Shown here: positions 34,017 through 47,508 of the stretch, one piece after another
Position numbering within the stretch: the stretch's first letter is position 1
How the letters are laid out: every line of letters starts with the position of its first letter
NCBI GenBank assembly: GCA_047495785.1
Contig: JBLDXI010000073.1
Coordinates: 248,001-312,000 of the forward strand
DNA length: 64,000 nt
Direction of reading: 5' to 3'
Origin: Lepidodermella squamata
Lineage: Eukaryota > Animalia > Gastrotricha
The notes under the pieces: model-generated
Told to the model about the DNA's origin: nothing
The model's input: the letters and a program-made list of their open reading frames with translations, nothing else
The model's database searches: none
Translations under genes and position numbers: made by a program

Positions 34017-35763
34017 CACCTTTTTTCAATTGCAATTGCGGAAAATTCAAAACAGTTTGCAGGCACGTGGTTTATGTGTGACGGTTGTTTATCTGAAAAT
34101 TTAAATTTAAATCACGTGCTCACGCCACCATTTCGTGTCATGTTTTGAGGCCAGAGACAACTCTTTCATGAACTTTCGAGAAAAGAAGAACGAAAAATGC
34201 TCTCAATATTCATCTTCATTCAATCATTCATGAAAAAAATTTATTTCCGAAATTTCTACAAAATTTTTGTTCAAAAAAATTATTCTCAAATTAATGCCTT
34301 ACAACAGAACATCAAACGTAGATCGGTTAAGGTTGATACGGGCTTTCAATGACGGTACTGATTACGTTAATTTCGGTAGGATGCTCGGCATCAAAGAGCG
34401 AACGATTTATAACATCATAAGTACTTATAGAGAAGAAAATCGCTCGGAAAGTTTGCATCGAGGGGGGCGACCAAAGGCTTGGCGGGAGGATTTTACCCAT
34501 TTCGTTATTGAGAGGCTTGAGGACAATAGCCAGCTTACCCTGGAACAAATTCAGACAATGCTGCTTGTCGAGTTCGGCGCTGGCCTCTCCATTTCCACTA
34601 TCCATCGTCACCTTGAGTATATCGGCTTTACTGTTAAGAAGGTCTACGCTTGTCCAGCGGATAGAAATCGACCTGATGTCATAGCCCTAAGAATTGTTTA
34701 CGCGAATTGGTTCAACGGGTTTCGTCTGCATAACAGGTATTACTATCAGGACGAGTTCGGGGTCTGCCTTTGGACTCGTCGATCTTGTGGCCGAGCTCGT
34801 CGTGGTCAGCGGGCTGTTGTGCAAAATCCGATGTCCCATGGTGGCAAAAATGTGTCTGTTTCGGTCGTCGTTTCGAGGCATGAGGGGTTGGTCTATTATC
34901 GATTGTACGATGAAGGTATGAAAAACAACATGTTTCGTGAGTTTATGCTCCAGGTATGAGCGGAAAAATTCATCAAATTGACGATTTTTCTGAAAAATTT
35001 GATTTATAGGCGTCAGCAGTGGTTGGCGTTAATAACCCGGCGACTTTCATCATCGACAATTGCCGCTCTCACAATGGCGCCGTCGGTGAACTGCCGCAAG
35101 GCCATACCATACACTTTTTACCGCCGTACTCACCATTTCTAAACCCAATAGAAAATGTTTTCTCTGCTGTCAAGTCTGGCATCAAAAGAGAAATTGCGGC
35201 GAGACGTGTCGAGCTGTTTGAGCTTCTAGCCGCTGCCCGAGAACTTGGTCAACCGATGACGCCAATTTGTCGAAACTTTCTGCACGAAATTGTCGAGCGT
35301 AATCTTCGATCGATCGTTACTCCGGCATTGGTGCGAGCCTGTGACGATCATGTACTGAATTATCTTCCAGCTTGTGCTGCTGGGCAACCGATTATTTATT
35401 AAGAAATTTTTGCAGGAAAAATTGAAGAACCGAAAAAAGATGAATGAAATAAAAGAAACGTTTAATCGCGTGCTTCGCTTTATTGCTCGGTGGTTCCGAG
35501 ACCGAGGCTGATCTTTCTAAAGTGGCCCCACGCTTTCGGCCACTACGATTTCGATTCGGCGACGGATCGGTTGAACTTGACATTTTTATTTGCTTTTCTC
35601 ACGAAGAATTTGAAGAAACTGAAGGGCTGGACAGACATTTAAACTAGTGCAATGCTATTAATAAATGAGTTCAATCCTAGCCAAGATGATACAAGCAAAT
35701 AAACAAAAAGCACGCGATTGCAATTAGTTTTGAATTTTCTGCAATTGCAAATGAAAAAATGTG
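34017..35763 (+). mobile_element. Tc1/IS630-superfamily DNA transposon, apparently full length
   Basis: 37-bp TIRs CACCTTTTTTCAATTGCAATTGCGGAAAATTCAAAAC (3 mismatches) with TA flanks. Confidence 0.92.
34294..35402 (+). CDS. Tc1/IS630-type DDE transposase, 350 aa (exons 34294-34953, 35010-35402)
   Basis: HTH with GGRPK, YQDEFG, IIDNCRSH, LPPYSPFLNPIENVF; a 56-nt phase-0 GT-AG intron joins the two ORFs with no stop. Confidence 0.88.
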
Positions 35764-35848
35764 TATATCTGATGAATAATCAGTTTTCAAATAACCAGAC
35801 CTTCAACTGACGTCAATTATATCAATAATATCAGTTACAGGATTACGT

Positions 35849-38231
35849 ATGCTGTCTTGCTTTGCATTTGCTCTTTTGGATGCTTATAAAATTCAGTCGA
35901 GTTCAAAAGCTTTGAGAATCAGAGCTCCACGAGGATCCTCGAAATTTGCAGTCAATGCTTCCCTAGCTGTACTGCTGATTGCAAGCCATGTTCAGCTTTC
36001 AGTGGCAGTTGTTAAGCAATGTTACCTGTGCATTCCAAGCAAGACTAATTGGCAACAGCAGCAGCATAGCTGCTACAGTAGCGCCGGGGGAACCCACTTG
36101 ACACCTTTCTTTGAATTCCTAAATCCTAAACCTTTAACAGTGTATTGTTTACACGTGGATAAAATTGTTTTTTATGAGTCGTAAGACGAGTAAACTCAAC
36201 AAAAAACTTCGAGTTACGTGTTACTTCCTTAGCTGTTAGTTTCTTGTCGTATAACGAGATCGATAATACTTGATGAGTCAACCCTACACTTTTGTTGTTC
36301 AGAGGTAACTATGGCCTTGGATCAATCCTAATTCCGGATTTGGCTCGATCCAAGCAAAGGTGTCTTCGTCGACGATTTCCTCCACGCGCGTGGAAGTTAA
36401 ACCTAAATTTCCATCATTTCAAATCAACAGCGGCGACGTTGTTCAGGATTTGTTTCACACAAAAGTTTAGGCCTATAGTCATACCGCACTAAAAGTAACA
36501 GTTGCTTCCGATCACTGAGTAAGAGCGAACTCCATCAAAACGAGCGAACATATGAAAAATCGTTCGAAAGCCACATCCTATCACCTGTTGCCATTCTGCC
36601 ATCCGAAAACATCGAAACACCTGATGCTCGCTTACGCTTAAGGAATCGGCAACGCCTGGTAGACGGCGTCGCCTTCAGCGCCCTCAGGATTGTAGGCAAT
36701 GAGGTTGCGCAGGGCAGTTCGTTCAGAAACCGCGGGCTTCCATGCTCCGGAGTCCACGGGTTTTCCGGAGGCTCTGGAGTTTTGGAACAACCATGTAGCA
36801 AGGAAACAAGCCGAATTCTACGCGCCGAATTGCGGCTCCGACTGTCGATAGCCTCATTTGTTGGGATCGAGTCTAATTCGGACCACAAAATTGTATCGTC
36901 GACAACAGACCATCGAAGCACATCGTTTCTGAACGAGCTGCCCTGTACGTAATACAAAGTTTGCCGCAGTTGAACTAGAAGGCACTTTTATTGAGTTTAC
37001 TCGTCTAACCACTCATAAATAACAATTTTATCCACGTAACAGTGTAAACAATACACTGTTTGAATTCAGAGAAAGATGTCAAATTGGTTCTCCCGGCGCT
37101 ACTGTTGCTGCTGTTGCCAATCAGTCGAACCGTGCCGCAGACGAAATCCGAAATATAACCCACGTCCGACGTCGCTTTACTGACTTATATGTCCTGAAAG
37201 GCAGTGCTGATTCACCGAAATAGCCCGACTATGACGTACAGGCGATTGCGGAAAACAAGATCCTTCAAAATTTGCATTATATACGTGCGGGGCAGTAGCT
37301 CGATCGAAACCGTGTGCTTCGATGCTCCGGAGATTTCCACTTTCGTGGCTCTGAGACCACTCATACGGCAGCAGCAACGCAACAAGCCGACTTCCACGCG
37401 TCAACTTTCGGCCACGACTGTCGAGGAAAACACCGTTAAAGCCTCATTGACTAGGACCGAGTCTAATGCATCTTCCGGCGACACCATGGTTGCCTCAGCA
37501 ACGAAAGTGGAAATCGTTGACTCCGGAGCATCGAAGCACACGGTTTCGAACGAGCTACTGCCCCTTATGGTGCGTCCAAAAACTAACTTCGGAGAGGGTG
37601 ACTTCGGAGACCGAACTTTAAACTTCGGAACACTCAAGCGAAACTTCGGTGACGTTATCAGTGGCAATTTCCGCGCGCGCGCGGCATGAGACGGCATGAA
37701 AATTGCATTGTGTATGCGTGTACGCGTGTACGTAGGCGTGTACACGCATTGCACATGTGCGCATACAAACAAACAAACAAACAAAGAAACAAAGAAACAA
37801 AGATGTCCACGACACGAACGGCGACAGTACGGGGGTTCCCCCGGCATTATTGCGGAGATGCGAAAAACTACGAGGTGTTCAACTGCCCTTCAAATTACAA
37901 TCACGGGTGTATCTTCTTCGACAGTGAACTGTGAGCACTTCATGTATTTATTTGTATTTGATGGTTATTTATTTTTTATTTCAGGGAACCCGGGATACGC
38001 GGTTGCATCGATGAAACCGGTTGCATATCTAGTTCATTCGTGCATTGCTGCACGGAGGACCTGTGCAACAACCAAACAGTAACGCCACTACCAAATACAA
38101 GGATGACGGCGGATAATGCTAATCCATTGGAACCCAGTCTTCAAGATCCAAAACCTTCTGATGAGGGGCTCTCTAGCATTGCAATCGGCGTTCGCTCAAA
38201 ACGAAATTACTTGGTGATCGGAAGCAGCTGA
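35849..38231 (+). pseudogene. Ly6/uPAR copy 4, split by a 1.8-kb insertion and truncated before the TM
   Basis: ...VKQCYLCIPSKT at ~36047 resumes as YCGDAKNYEVFNC at ~37847; intron 37931-37984; similarity to copy 2 ends at GLSSIAIGV (~38192). Confidence 0.85.
36048..37846. mobile_element. Composite insertion of inverted-repeat elements in Ly6 copy 4
   Basis: Arms 36048-~36215 / ~36975-37121 (ATTGGCAACAGCAGCA...); second IR ~37289-37356 / ~37495-37564; AACTTCGG and AAAC short repeats. Confidence 0.65.
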
Positions 38232-39415
38232 AGCTTTCCGTCTAGTATGACTATGGAAATGAAAGTGAATCAAGTCTCAAACAACGTCGCCGCTGTTGGT
38301 GATGCAAATGATGCAAATTTAAGGCTGACTTCCGCGCGTCAAGTGCGTCGAAAAAAACGCCGACGAAGTCTCATTTTTCGAACTAGGGACCCTTCTCCCA
38401 TCGACGACGGCGCCATAGTTTCCTCAGAACGTCGACTCGTCAAGCTGATTGTCGACTAACAACTAACTGATAAAGATAATGTTTTGAAATTTATGCGCGA
38501 AAATTCATCATCTCTAAAGGATGCTAGCGATGCGTAAAACCTCTACTTGCGATTCTTTTTTTTCCTATAATTTTCAGCCAACATTGAAGAAGGCTCGTCT
38601 ACTGGTTAGCAATCGTCAATAGTTCTGTTAAGTAGTCCAAATGGTCAATTAAAAGATCCAACGGGGAAAGTGGATTTTACGATTCTTCATTTTTCGATTT
38701 GAATCAATTCCGCAGAGAAACGACTGGTTGGATTTGGATTTCTGGCATTCAGCTAACTTCACTCGAACATCAATTTTGCTTGTGGATAGGCGTTCATTCT
38801 TGCGCATTCTTGCGTTGTTTGAGGATTGAATCCTCTATAGGTTCAGGATTGAATCCTCGGTGGTTTTACTTTGTTTTTCCCGACGGAATTCTTGAAACTT
38901 TAGAAAATCAGGACGAAATAATCTGTTCCAAGTTCAATCTCGTTATCAAAATTCAGCTCTTGATGAGAAGAATCTACTTTCCCGAATAACGTCTTCGACT
39001 TTCTTCGAAGCCGGGTTATCTTGAATACGAAAACTGTTATCCTAATTTGTGGGCTACATGCAACATAGAAAAAAATGCTCTTGATAAGACAAGTCCTATC
39101 TTGTTGTTCATACCTTTTTACCAACATGGAAAAAAATCCCAATTGATAAGACACCTATTTTATGGCACTTTGTAATCTGGCTATTAATAGCTAAGAAATC
39201 GGCAATTTGAATTTTGAATGGTTGTTTTTTTCCCTCTAAGAAGTGATGAATCATCAAACCATCTGGCACCCGTGACGATAAACTCCCTTTCGCGTGCAAT
39301 TATTCTATACTTATTTTATGTCTGTGACATAATCTCATAACTTGAGGGGTAATTCAATATCATGCCTACAATACTTGGATTATTGCCCTCGAAAACATCA
39401 CTTACTATCTGATTT

Positions 39416-39721
39416 ATGAAAATTCGGAATCACTGGATTGTGGCCGTGGCAGCACTGGTAGTTGCATGCATAGTTCAGTTTTCTAATGCCTCGGCTGAGC
39501 AATGCTTCAAGTGCATTCCAAGCGAGACCCCATTCCAATTGCGAAGATCCCAACAACTGCGAGGTATTCCACTGCCCATCGGATTACAATTATGCATGCA
39601 TTTACTTCGACAGCGAACTGTGAGTACTTAATGTTTTTATTCACTTATCACCTTTGTGATTCGCTTTGCTTTTTAGGGAAGCTGGTTCACGTGGTTGCAT
39701 GGATACCAGTAGTTGCAGAAC
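39416..39721 (+). pseudogene. Ly6/uPAR copy 5, frameshifted and truncated by a LINE
   Basis: Signal + EQCFKCIPSET, frameshift, then CEDPNNCEVFHCPSDYNYACIYFDSEL, intron 39620-39676, EAGSRGCMDTSSC, then LINE 5' sequence. Confidence 0.8.
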
Positions 39722-42700
39722 AAATCGAAGGAGTCCACTTCTTTCTGCTCATCATTCCTGTTCGTGCTCTTTTTCTTTTCTTCTGTGATTTAAGTTACTC
39801 TCTGTCATGTTATGGAAAGAACCCGAATGGAAATACGCTGCCGTGACCGGTCATGAAAGCCGGCAAGCCTCTTGGAGATTTCCCGTCCCAGCGGCCGGTT
39901 CCGCTGCTCATCTAACACCACCATGCAGCATCTGTCCAGCACTGATTCAGATGATTTTACGTGAAAAATAGGCGATGCGGCATCTTCAATGTTTCCAGCA
40001 GCCACTGCACAACTACGCCACGCTCGCCGCTAAATGTGAGCTTCCGAAAATGCGTAAATAATGCGTATATTCAAAACGCGAAGAAAAAGCACAAGGCGGT
40101 ACCAACCCCGCCTTCCACGAGGCTGCCGAAGAAGCTCAATGTGAACGGCCTTTCAGCCGATGCGATCGCCGAAGTGCAGGCGCTGATCTCGCAGCACCGC
40201 AGCACGAACGCGTCACCCTCCTCCTCCCACGACAAGATGGATGCCACGGCGGACTTCCCGGCCCTACCTGTGTCGTCTACCGTTTCGCCGGTTCATGCAA
40301 CGTCGCCGCCCGCCCCACGCCCGGCCTCGGCCACGGCTAACCCCGTCAGTAAGCGTGTCGTTATTATCGATAACATCACCAACATGCGTCGATGCGAGCT
40401 TGAGCCCGAGCTTGTGCGAGTGGCACCCTGGCTCGAATATCACTCTGCCGTCGACATGCGGAGCGGCGGCCTCCGGATCATCTGCTCTACGCCTGCTGGC
40501 GCGGATCGATTGCTGAAGAAGGAACTCCCTTCTGGCGCCTTCAAGGGCAGCGCCTATCGGGTTCACCGTCCTAGTGAACCGGATCCTAGTCGCCCGCTCC
40601 CTCCTGCGGTTGACAAGGACAATCGCAGCGTTTTGACATCTCGGCTCTTAAGAAATACCTTAATTTTCTTCAAACGTCTGGAGAAAATAGTTAGCACAGC
40701 CATTCAAACTACTGTCTGAGGATTGGCAAATTACCTTTGACAATAGGGCTTTCCTCTGCCCAATGATCTAATTTGCTTTCTAGGGAACCTGAGGTTCCCT
40801 AGTTATGAGGGCAGGCAGGGACATCTCGGCTCTCGGGTTGCTATTCGGCTGCCGATATCCGTGCCTATCTGCCCCTTGATTATATGGAGGAGGTTCGCGA
40901 CCTGCCGGCGAAGGACCCCCACCGCCCACCCACTCGCGTCATCGTATTCAAGACGAAGGAGGCGTATGAAGATGCCCGCCTCCATGGGATGCAGTGGCTG
41001 AACCGGCGCGTAAAGGTACGCCCCATGCGGCCACCCGTGCCGCCCGCTAAGTGTCGCAAATGTAGTCGTTATGGCCACGTCGCTATCGACTGCCCCCTGC
41101 CTTCTCCGTCACGTGTGGCCGCTGCGGCAAAGCGCACCTCACAGAGGGCTGCGGCGCTACCCGCGAACAAGCGTTTTGTTGCAACTGCCCTGAAGGCGGC
41201 TCCCCGAGACATTTCAGTACCTGGCGCGGCTGCCCTGCTTTCAAAGCTGCGCAGTCGGCCGAAGTCGCGTCCCGACACGCCCGTGCTGCTGCCAAGAGTG
41301 AGAAGATCGCCGCGGCAGCCAGTGTTCACCACGGCCGAGGCCCGCCGTCTCCTGTGACGCCCGGGCGCAGCTATGCTCGCACTGCTGCACCGACGCCGCC
41401 GCCAGCCGCCACCGCCGCCTGCTCACCCATCGGCGCCTGTCTCCGGGCAGCACTCGGCTGCTCAGCTCAGTGTGGCCGTTGCCGGCATATCGTCTCTTCT
41501 CCAAAAAATCCAGCAGCTCCATCACCTCTCTGACGCAGTGGCGGCCGATCGCGCCAAACAGGATGGATGGCGTGAGAAATTCGAGTTGTCTATGGCAGAT
41601 CTGGCGGATGAAGTCTACGACCTGCGCTCTAGCGGCAACAACCAGTCAATGAGTGTCGACCGTGACCGCTATCGCTACGACGACGACAACTGATCTCGTG
41701 GTAATGATGCAGTGGAATCCCCAAGGTGCTAACGGAAAGCCTGTTGAAGTTAGTTACTTGGCTGAAAATGTTGATGCGCTATTTGTTTTTCTCTCAGAGA
41801 CTTATTTCTTCCCCCTCTCCTCTGTCTTTTTCCATCGCTATGCCGTGTTTAGATGTGACAGGGAGCAAGCCCCGGACGATCTGTTGTACCGTGGCTCCTG
41901 TGGCGGCTCTGCTTTCTTAGTCCGTGAAGGCGTCACTGTCGTTCGTGAACGTAAGATGCCGCTGTCTGGCAGGAAGCGCAGTGAGTGGCTGCGCATTGAT
42001 GTCATCCCCGACCCTCGTTCTGCTGTGATTCGATTGGTCACCGGATATTGCCCGCCGTCCTCTGACTTGGATTTGCGGTTTCTTGAGCAGGAGTTTGAAG
42101 AGACAAACACGTCCCGCACGCCCTGTGTTTTCGGCGGCGATTTGAACGCCAAGTCTCCTCTGTGGAGTGAAGCTGACCATTGGAATCCGCATGGCTATCA
42201 CCTACATCACATGGTGGCCCGGCTCGGTCTCACCGTCTTAAAGTCCGCCCCGACTCATATCGATCTCCGCACTGGCTCTCTCTCTCGACCCTGGATGTTT
42301 GGGTGGTCAATGACGCCGCTATGCAATTTCTCAGCGGGGGAGTTACCGTGGGTGACCGCCTCAGTAGCGACCACTTCAGCACCTCGCTCTGCCTCGAAAT
42401 ACCTGTGATCGGAGCTCGTCGCTTGCTGCCTCCTCCTGACCCCGCCCCGCGGTTTGATCTCTCTCGAGCCGATCGTAGAGGCTTTCAACGGACGCTGTGG
42501 GACCTCCTGCCTGCTATTCCTCTTCCGCAGGTTGGCGACCCTCTGGACCGGCTGCTTGCGTACCGCCGTGCCATCAATGCCGCTATCGTCGAGGCGCGTC
42601 GCCTTCATGTACCCCTATGTGACCGCAGTGAACTAAAGAAGATTTCCATGTCTGCCGATATGCGCTTGATCCTGAAGCAGAAGCGTGTTCTAGAGCGCGC

Positions 42701-43635
42701 GATTGGCCCTCATTGTGATCCCCAGTTGGCAGTAGAGATCAAGCGACTGGACGGCGAGTTTCGAGAAGCTAAGCAACAGCACGAGTTCCGCCGCGACGTT
42801 GCGAATCTGCGTATGGTTGAGGCTCTTTCAGGACAACTTCGGTATCGCGAGGCGTGGGTCCGGCTCCGGCGGCTCGACCGTCATCAGCCGCGGCGCCCCA
42901 GTGGGCACATGAAACTGGACGATGGAACTGTTCTGGCACCGTCCGCTTCGCTTGCTGACGAGTTACTTACCCACTTCACTTCGCCGATGACGCCCTACTG
43001 CGACCCGGCCGCCGACGACGCCCTGCGCAAGCGTTGGCTCCAGCTTGAGACCCTGATGGCCACCGATCCTGACCTTCAAAGCAAGGCTACGATTCATCTG
43101 CCAGGCCCTGACGACTTCAACGTAAGCCAACGCATGCTTGCTCAAGAGATCGACCGTCTGCAACCGTTCAAGGCTCCAGGGATCGACGGCGTCGGTAATG
43201 TCTATTACAAGTGGGGCGGCGTTCCGTTGCAAGCTCACCTTCGGCGCCTCTATAATATGTGTCTCGGTAGCCAATTCCCCTGCCCGATTGGAAGGAGGCG
43301 GTTGTTGTCGCTGTTCCCAAGCCGGGTAAGCCGTCTGACGCCGTTAGCTCTCAACGCCCGATTTCGCTATTACCTTCTGATGGTAAGATATTGGAGGCGA
43401 TCGTTGCGCGCTGGATGAGTCGTTTCTTGGAGGATAGACACCTCCTGCCTGACAATCAGTATGGGTTCCGCGAGCACCACTCCGCTGTCGACATTCCCGT
43501 CCAAATCGCTCATCGGGCGTACCAGTGCCGTGCTGACAAGCTCAAGTTGGTCGTTGTGGGTCTTGATGTGAAGGCGGCTTACGACTCCGTATGGCACGCC
43601 GGCCTCGTCCACCGCCTCTGCGGACTTCCTATATA
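39722..43635 (+). mobile_element. Non-LTR retrotransposon (APE-type LINE): ORF1 with CCHC knuckles, ORF2 endonuclease + RT N-half; degenerate and 3'-truncated
   Basis: CRKCSRYGHVAIDC knuckle; MQWN, LSET, GDLNAKS, SDH endonuclease motifs; KAPGIDG, PKPGK, RPISLL, QYGFR, LDVKAAYDSVWH RT motifs; frameshifts; cut by a MITE fragment at ~43635. Confidence 0.9.
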
Positions 43636-44081
43636 CTAAAGGTCACGCGCCCATTTTTCACCTTTCGGTGTGAGTTTATTCACTATTGAAAGATCGTTGC
43701 TTTACAATCTGTATAAAGTTGTCTATGGAGAATCTCATACGTTTGAGCCGCAAGCTGGCATAGAATCGACCAAATTATGAATTATGATGGGCAGCGCCAT
43801 TCGGATTCACCGCCCCAGCAGTGAACTTGATCCCAGTCGCCCGCTCCCACCTGCCACTTGATTTTGTGGTTGCCAACCTGCCGGCGAAGGACGCCCACCG
43901 TCCTCCTCGTGTGAACAACGAAGGAAGCGTATGATGACCGCAATGGGAGTGTATTTTTTCTTCCTCTCCGTCTCCCGAGCTTTTGACATTGCTCTTCTTT
44001 CTTAGTCCGTGAGGTTGTCCCGGTGAAAACAATTGTTTTAATTGTTGCTTATATCGGTTTATGTCGTTCTCAGTTCACGAT

Positions 44082-45108
44082 CATAGACAACTCTATACAG
44101 ATCGGAAACTAGCGATCTTCCTATAGTAAATAAATTCACACCAAAACGTGAAAAAGTGGGCACGCGACCTTCATTTTTATTCACTCATCGCCCTATCCGC
44201 CCATAGTAATTTTTCCGATTTTTAATTATTTTCTAAAATTCCCTGAGAAAATGTTTCATTTCCGACAAATTTCAAACAAATTTTCCGGAATACTAGAAGC
44301 GCTCCTCTATCGAATGAGTCCCGTCTCATGAGACGGTTTTTTTTCTAACTTTTTTAAAATTATCTCAAAGTTGGTCACTTTTACGAAAAATCGCCATTTC
44401 AAGAGTCTTTCAGGAGGTTAAAAGTTTTCATTTTGAGCCGAAAAATTCCGAGAAAAATACTATGATCTTATTCGATTTTTGCTCTATCCAAAGATATAAA
44501 ACTTGAGCTAATCAGAATTTGTTTCGAATTTCGCGAAATTTGCATTCGCTTGATAATACTTTGAGCGAGCTAAAAATAGCTACAAAAAACCTAATAGCTA
44601 TTTTTAGATTTAGCAGTGTCACGCAAAATCCCAATATTACAAGTCAGAAAATTTCGCGAAATTCGAAACAAATTCTGATTAGCTCAAGTTTTATATCTTT
44701 GGATAGAGCAAAAATCGAATAAGATCATAGTATTTTTCTCGGAATTTTTCGGCTCAAAATGAAAACTTTTAACCTCCTGAAAGACTCTTGAAATGGCGAT
44801 TTTTCGTAAAAGTGACCAACTTTGAGATAATTTTAAAAAAGTTAGAAAAAAAACCGTCTCATGAGACGGGACTCATTCGATAGAGGAGCGCTTCTAGTAT
44901 TCCGGAAAATTTGTTTGAAATTTGTCGGAAATGAAACATTTTCTCAGGGAATTTTAGAAAATAATTAAAAATCGGAAAAATTACTATGGGCGGATAGGGC
45001 GATGAGTGAATAAAAATGAAGGTCGCGTGCCCACTTTTTCACGTTTTGGTGTGAATTTATTTACTATAGGAAGATCGCTAGTTTCCGATCTGTATAGAGT
45101 TGTCTATG
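44082..45108. mobile_element. Foldback element with ~460-bp inverted arms and 8-bp TSD (P/Galileo- or hAT-type)
   Basis: CATAGACAACTCTATACAG termini; TTCACGAT at 44074-81 and 45109-16; ~105-bp spacer. Diverged family fragments at ~1712-1780, ~7420-7780 and ~43635-43775. Confidence 0.9.
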
Positions 45109-47508
45109 TTCACGATACTAGCAATGAGTATCAGATGTTACCGGTTTTGCTATTTTTGAACCTCGAAACTGTGAATTTTATGGCCTACTTCAGCCAATAT
45201 CGTCACTATAGGACGCCGCGGCTTGCAGTGTGAATCAGAAAAGCGTGGTATTTTTAAGGCGGAACGGGGTCCAAAGTCCAAATCAACAAATACACAATAC
45301 AATACACAATTTTTAAATTAGCATAAGCATTTTTGCTCACTATCAACGAGATCAACACATCTTTAGAAGCATCTCGCCGATCTATTTCTGCAAATTATTT
45401 TTTAGGTTTTAGTTAGTGAAATTCAAAATTATACGATTTTCCGAATTGAAATTTTGAAATTTTGAAGTTTTGAAGGCATGCAATTTAATCGTATTCACGG
45501 AAAAATTTTCACGGCAGGCAACCTATCGGCCATGAATTAGGCGCTTCGGAGTTCAATGTACTCTTGAACGCCGCGGCTTCGAATATTATATTAGGGTCAC
45601 CGTCGTTCGGCCCTGATTTTATGACCCAAGGGTCTCCCCTGTGGTTTTTTGGGGTTTTTCCACTTTGGCATTGCCGAACTGGGGGTACGATACCCCTCAT
45701 TCCCCCTGTACTTCGCGCCCAGACTCACACGGGATGGCTCGGCCGCATATGCCGCATATGCATTCTTGACCATTTGATCACCTATTCGCAGTATGTGTGG
45801 AGCACCGGCCATTCTCGCCGGTGGCCTTGTTCGCAATGCGTCAACTCAAGCTTCTGGATGTGCTGCAGAATGATTGCCTGCGCTAGTATCCGACCTTGAA
45901 CGTTGCTCCGACGTTAAGATTCTATCTTAGATCATGTGCCCATGCTTTACTTTACTTTCCGTTTTTCAATCGCAACACTCATCGAATATTCGAATCAACA
46001 AAACAATCATTAATCGCGGTTTTTAAGACATCTTCAGTTTCCTCTTTTCAGTATAATAGAAACTGCACATGTTGCTATCCTATTTAATTATTACTCCGAA
46101 GAGGCCGATAATCGGCTGCTAAAGGCTGGGCATGAGTCATTAATATTTGACCTAATTGCTGAGCTTTTCCCTCTTGACTCTTGAGGCCTAAATATGTAGA
46201 TCACACTGAAGTTGAAGAGTTAAGTTTTGATTAAAGATAAAATTGTCGACGTTTGGAGGTGCGTCAGGGGTTCGATTTGACGTGCCGCCTCCCTGATTTT
46301 CGACGACCCGAGCAAAGAAATTACAAGATATGTTTGTTAACTGGTCGGTGTTGCTGGCGGTGAATGTCTTTATCGCTCATAGTCAGCCGCACCGCAGGCG
46401 TACGCACTTTATCAGTATCAAATTCTTTCTCGCCTTTTCCACATGCCTATGCTCTTACTAATCACGGGGCGGGTTTTCGTCAGAGCGAAGCGTGGAGACG
46501 AGGATTTCATCGAGTGAAGCGGGAAAAGTAACTTGAAAAGTTCGGGAGAACATTGCCTTTCAAGTAGGTGTAGGAAATCAAATTTGATTTGACTTGATTT
46601 AATTTAATTTAATTAATTTCTACAGTAAGTTAATCACAATTATTTGTAAATCAATCATTTCAAATCAAATCTTTCGCATAAGGAAACATGAATATCATGG
46701 TACATTATTGAAGATTATTTCACGTTTCGAGCTTGGTTTTGGCAATATGAGTCTGAAAGAGAAGGAATAAGGGAATATTCCTACAAGCGCACCATCTGGA
46801 GCCACTTTTTGGGGTGTTGAAGGGTCAAAGCCTTGTGAAAATAGCGTAAAAATTGAAATAAAAAGCCCGCCTTAAAAAAATAAATTCAACAATAATTTTA
46901 CCATGCGCATGTAGGGATAGAAGCGAGATTGCTTCTTTTGTTTCAGCATGAAATTCGTTGAGAATTCCTTTTTCACGGGAACGGTGAATGATTTGAGAAA
47001 TATCGTTAGCGACGTTGAAAGTCGGAATTAGCCTGGTTTACCACCATTTTAAGGCAGTGTTTGGTTTGATTTTGATTTATTTTGGTATCGGTTTTGCGCG
47101 ATTTGATTTTAAATATTTTGATTTGATTCAGCTTTTCAAAGATTTTGCCGATGATTTTGTAGTCCTAATCAGTAATCATGAGGAATTTTTTGAAGTGGTT
47201 TCCACCATTCGGTAGATCTAGTCTGCGGTAAACATCCCTCAAATTATCATTAGAATCGGGTGCGAGAGAGAAAATTGGTGACAAAAATGCTGGCCGCTAT
47301 TTTTATTAAAAATTCTCATTTTTGAAAAACGGCACTTTACAGGATTAGAGGTTGTATAGCATTATCCTGTGACAAGGCTCCATCGGAATTTATTTAGCTA
47401 TTTTCATATTACTTATCATTTCAAATTATTCAATTTCATGTGTAATTTATTTAGATATTACAGCTGCAAAGTTGCATATCTGTCATCACTTAACTCACAA
47501 TCTGCATC

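Noticed and set aside
43795-43915. Second LINE ORF1-like segment
   Set aside because: Only a short diverged fragment matching parts of 40557-40935; an ordinary TE relic.
45509-45899. GC-richer overlapping ORFs (also 55756-56146)
   Set aside because: No recognisable motif or splice model; possibly decayed TE coding sequence.
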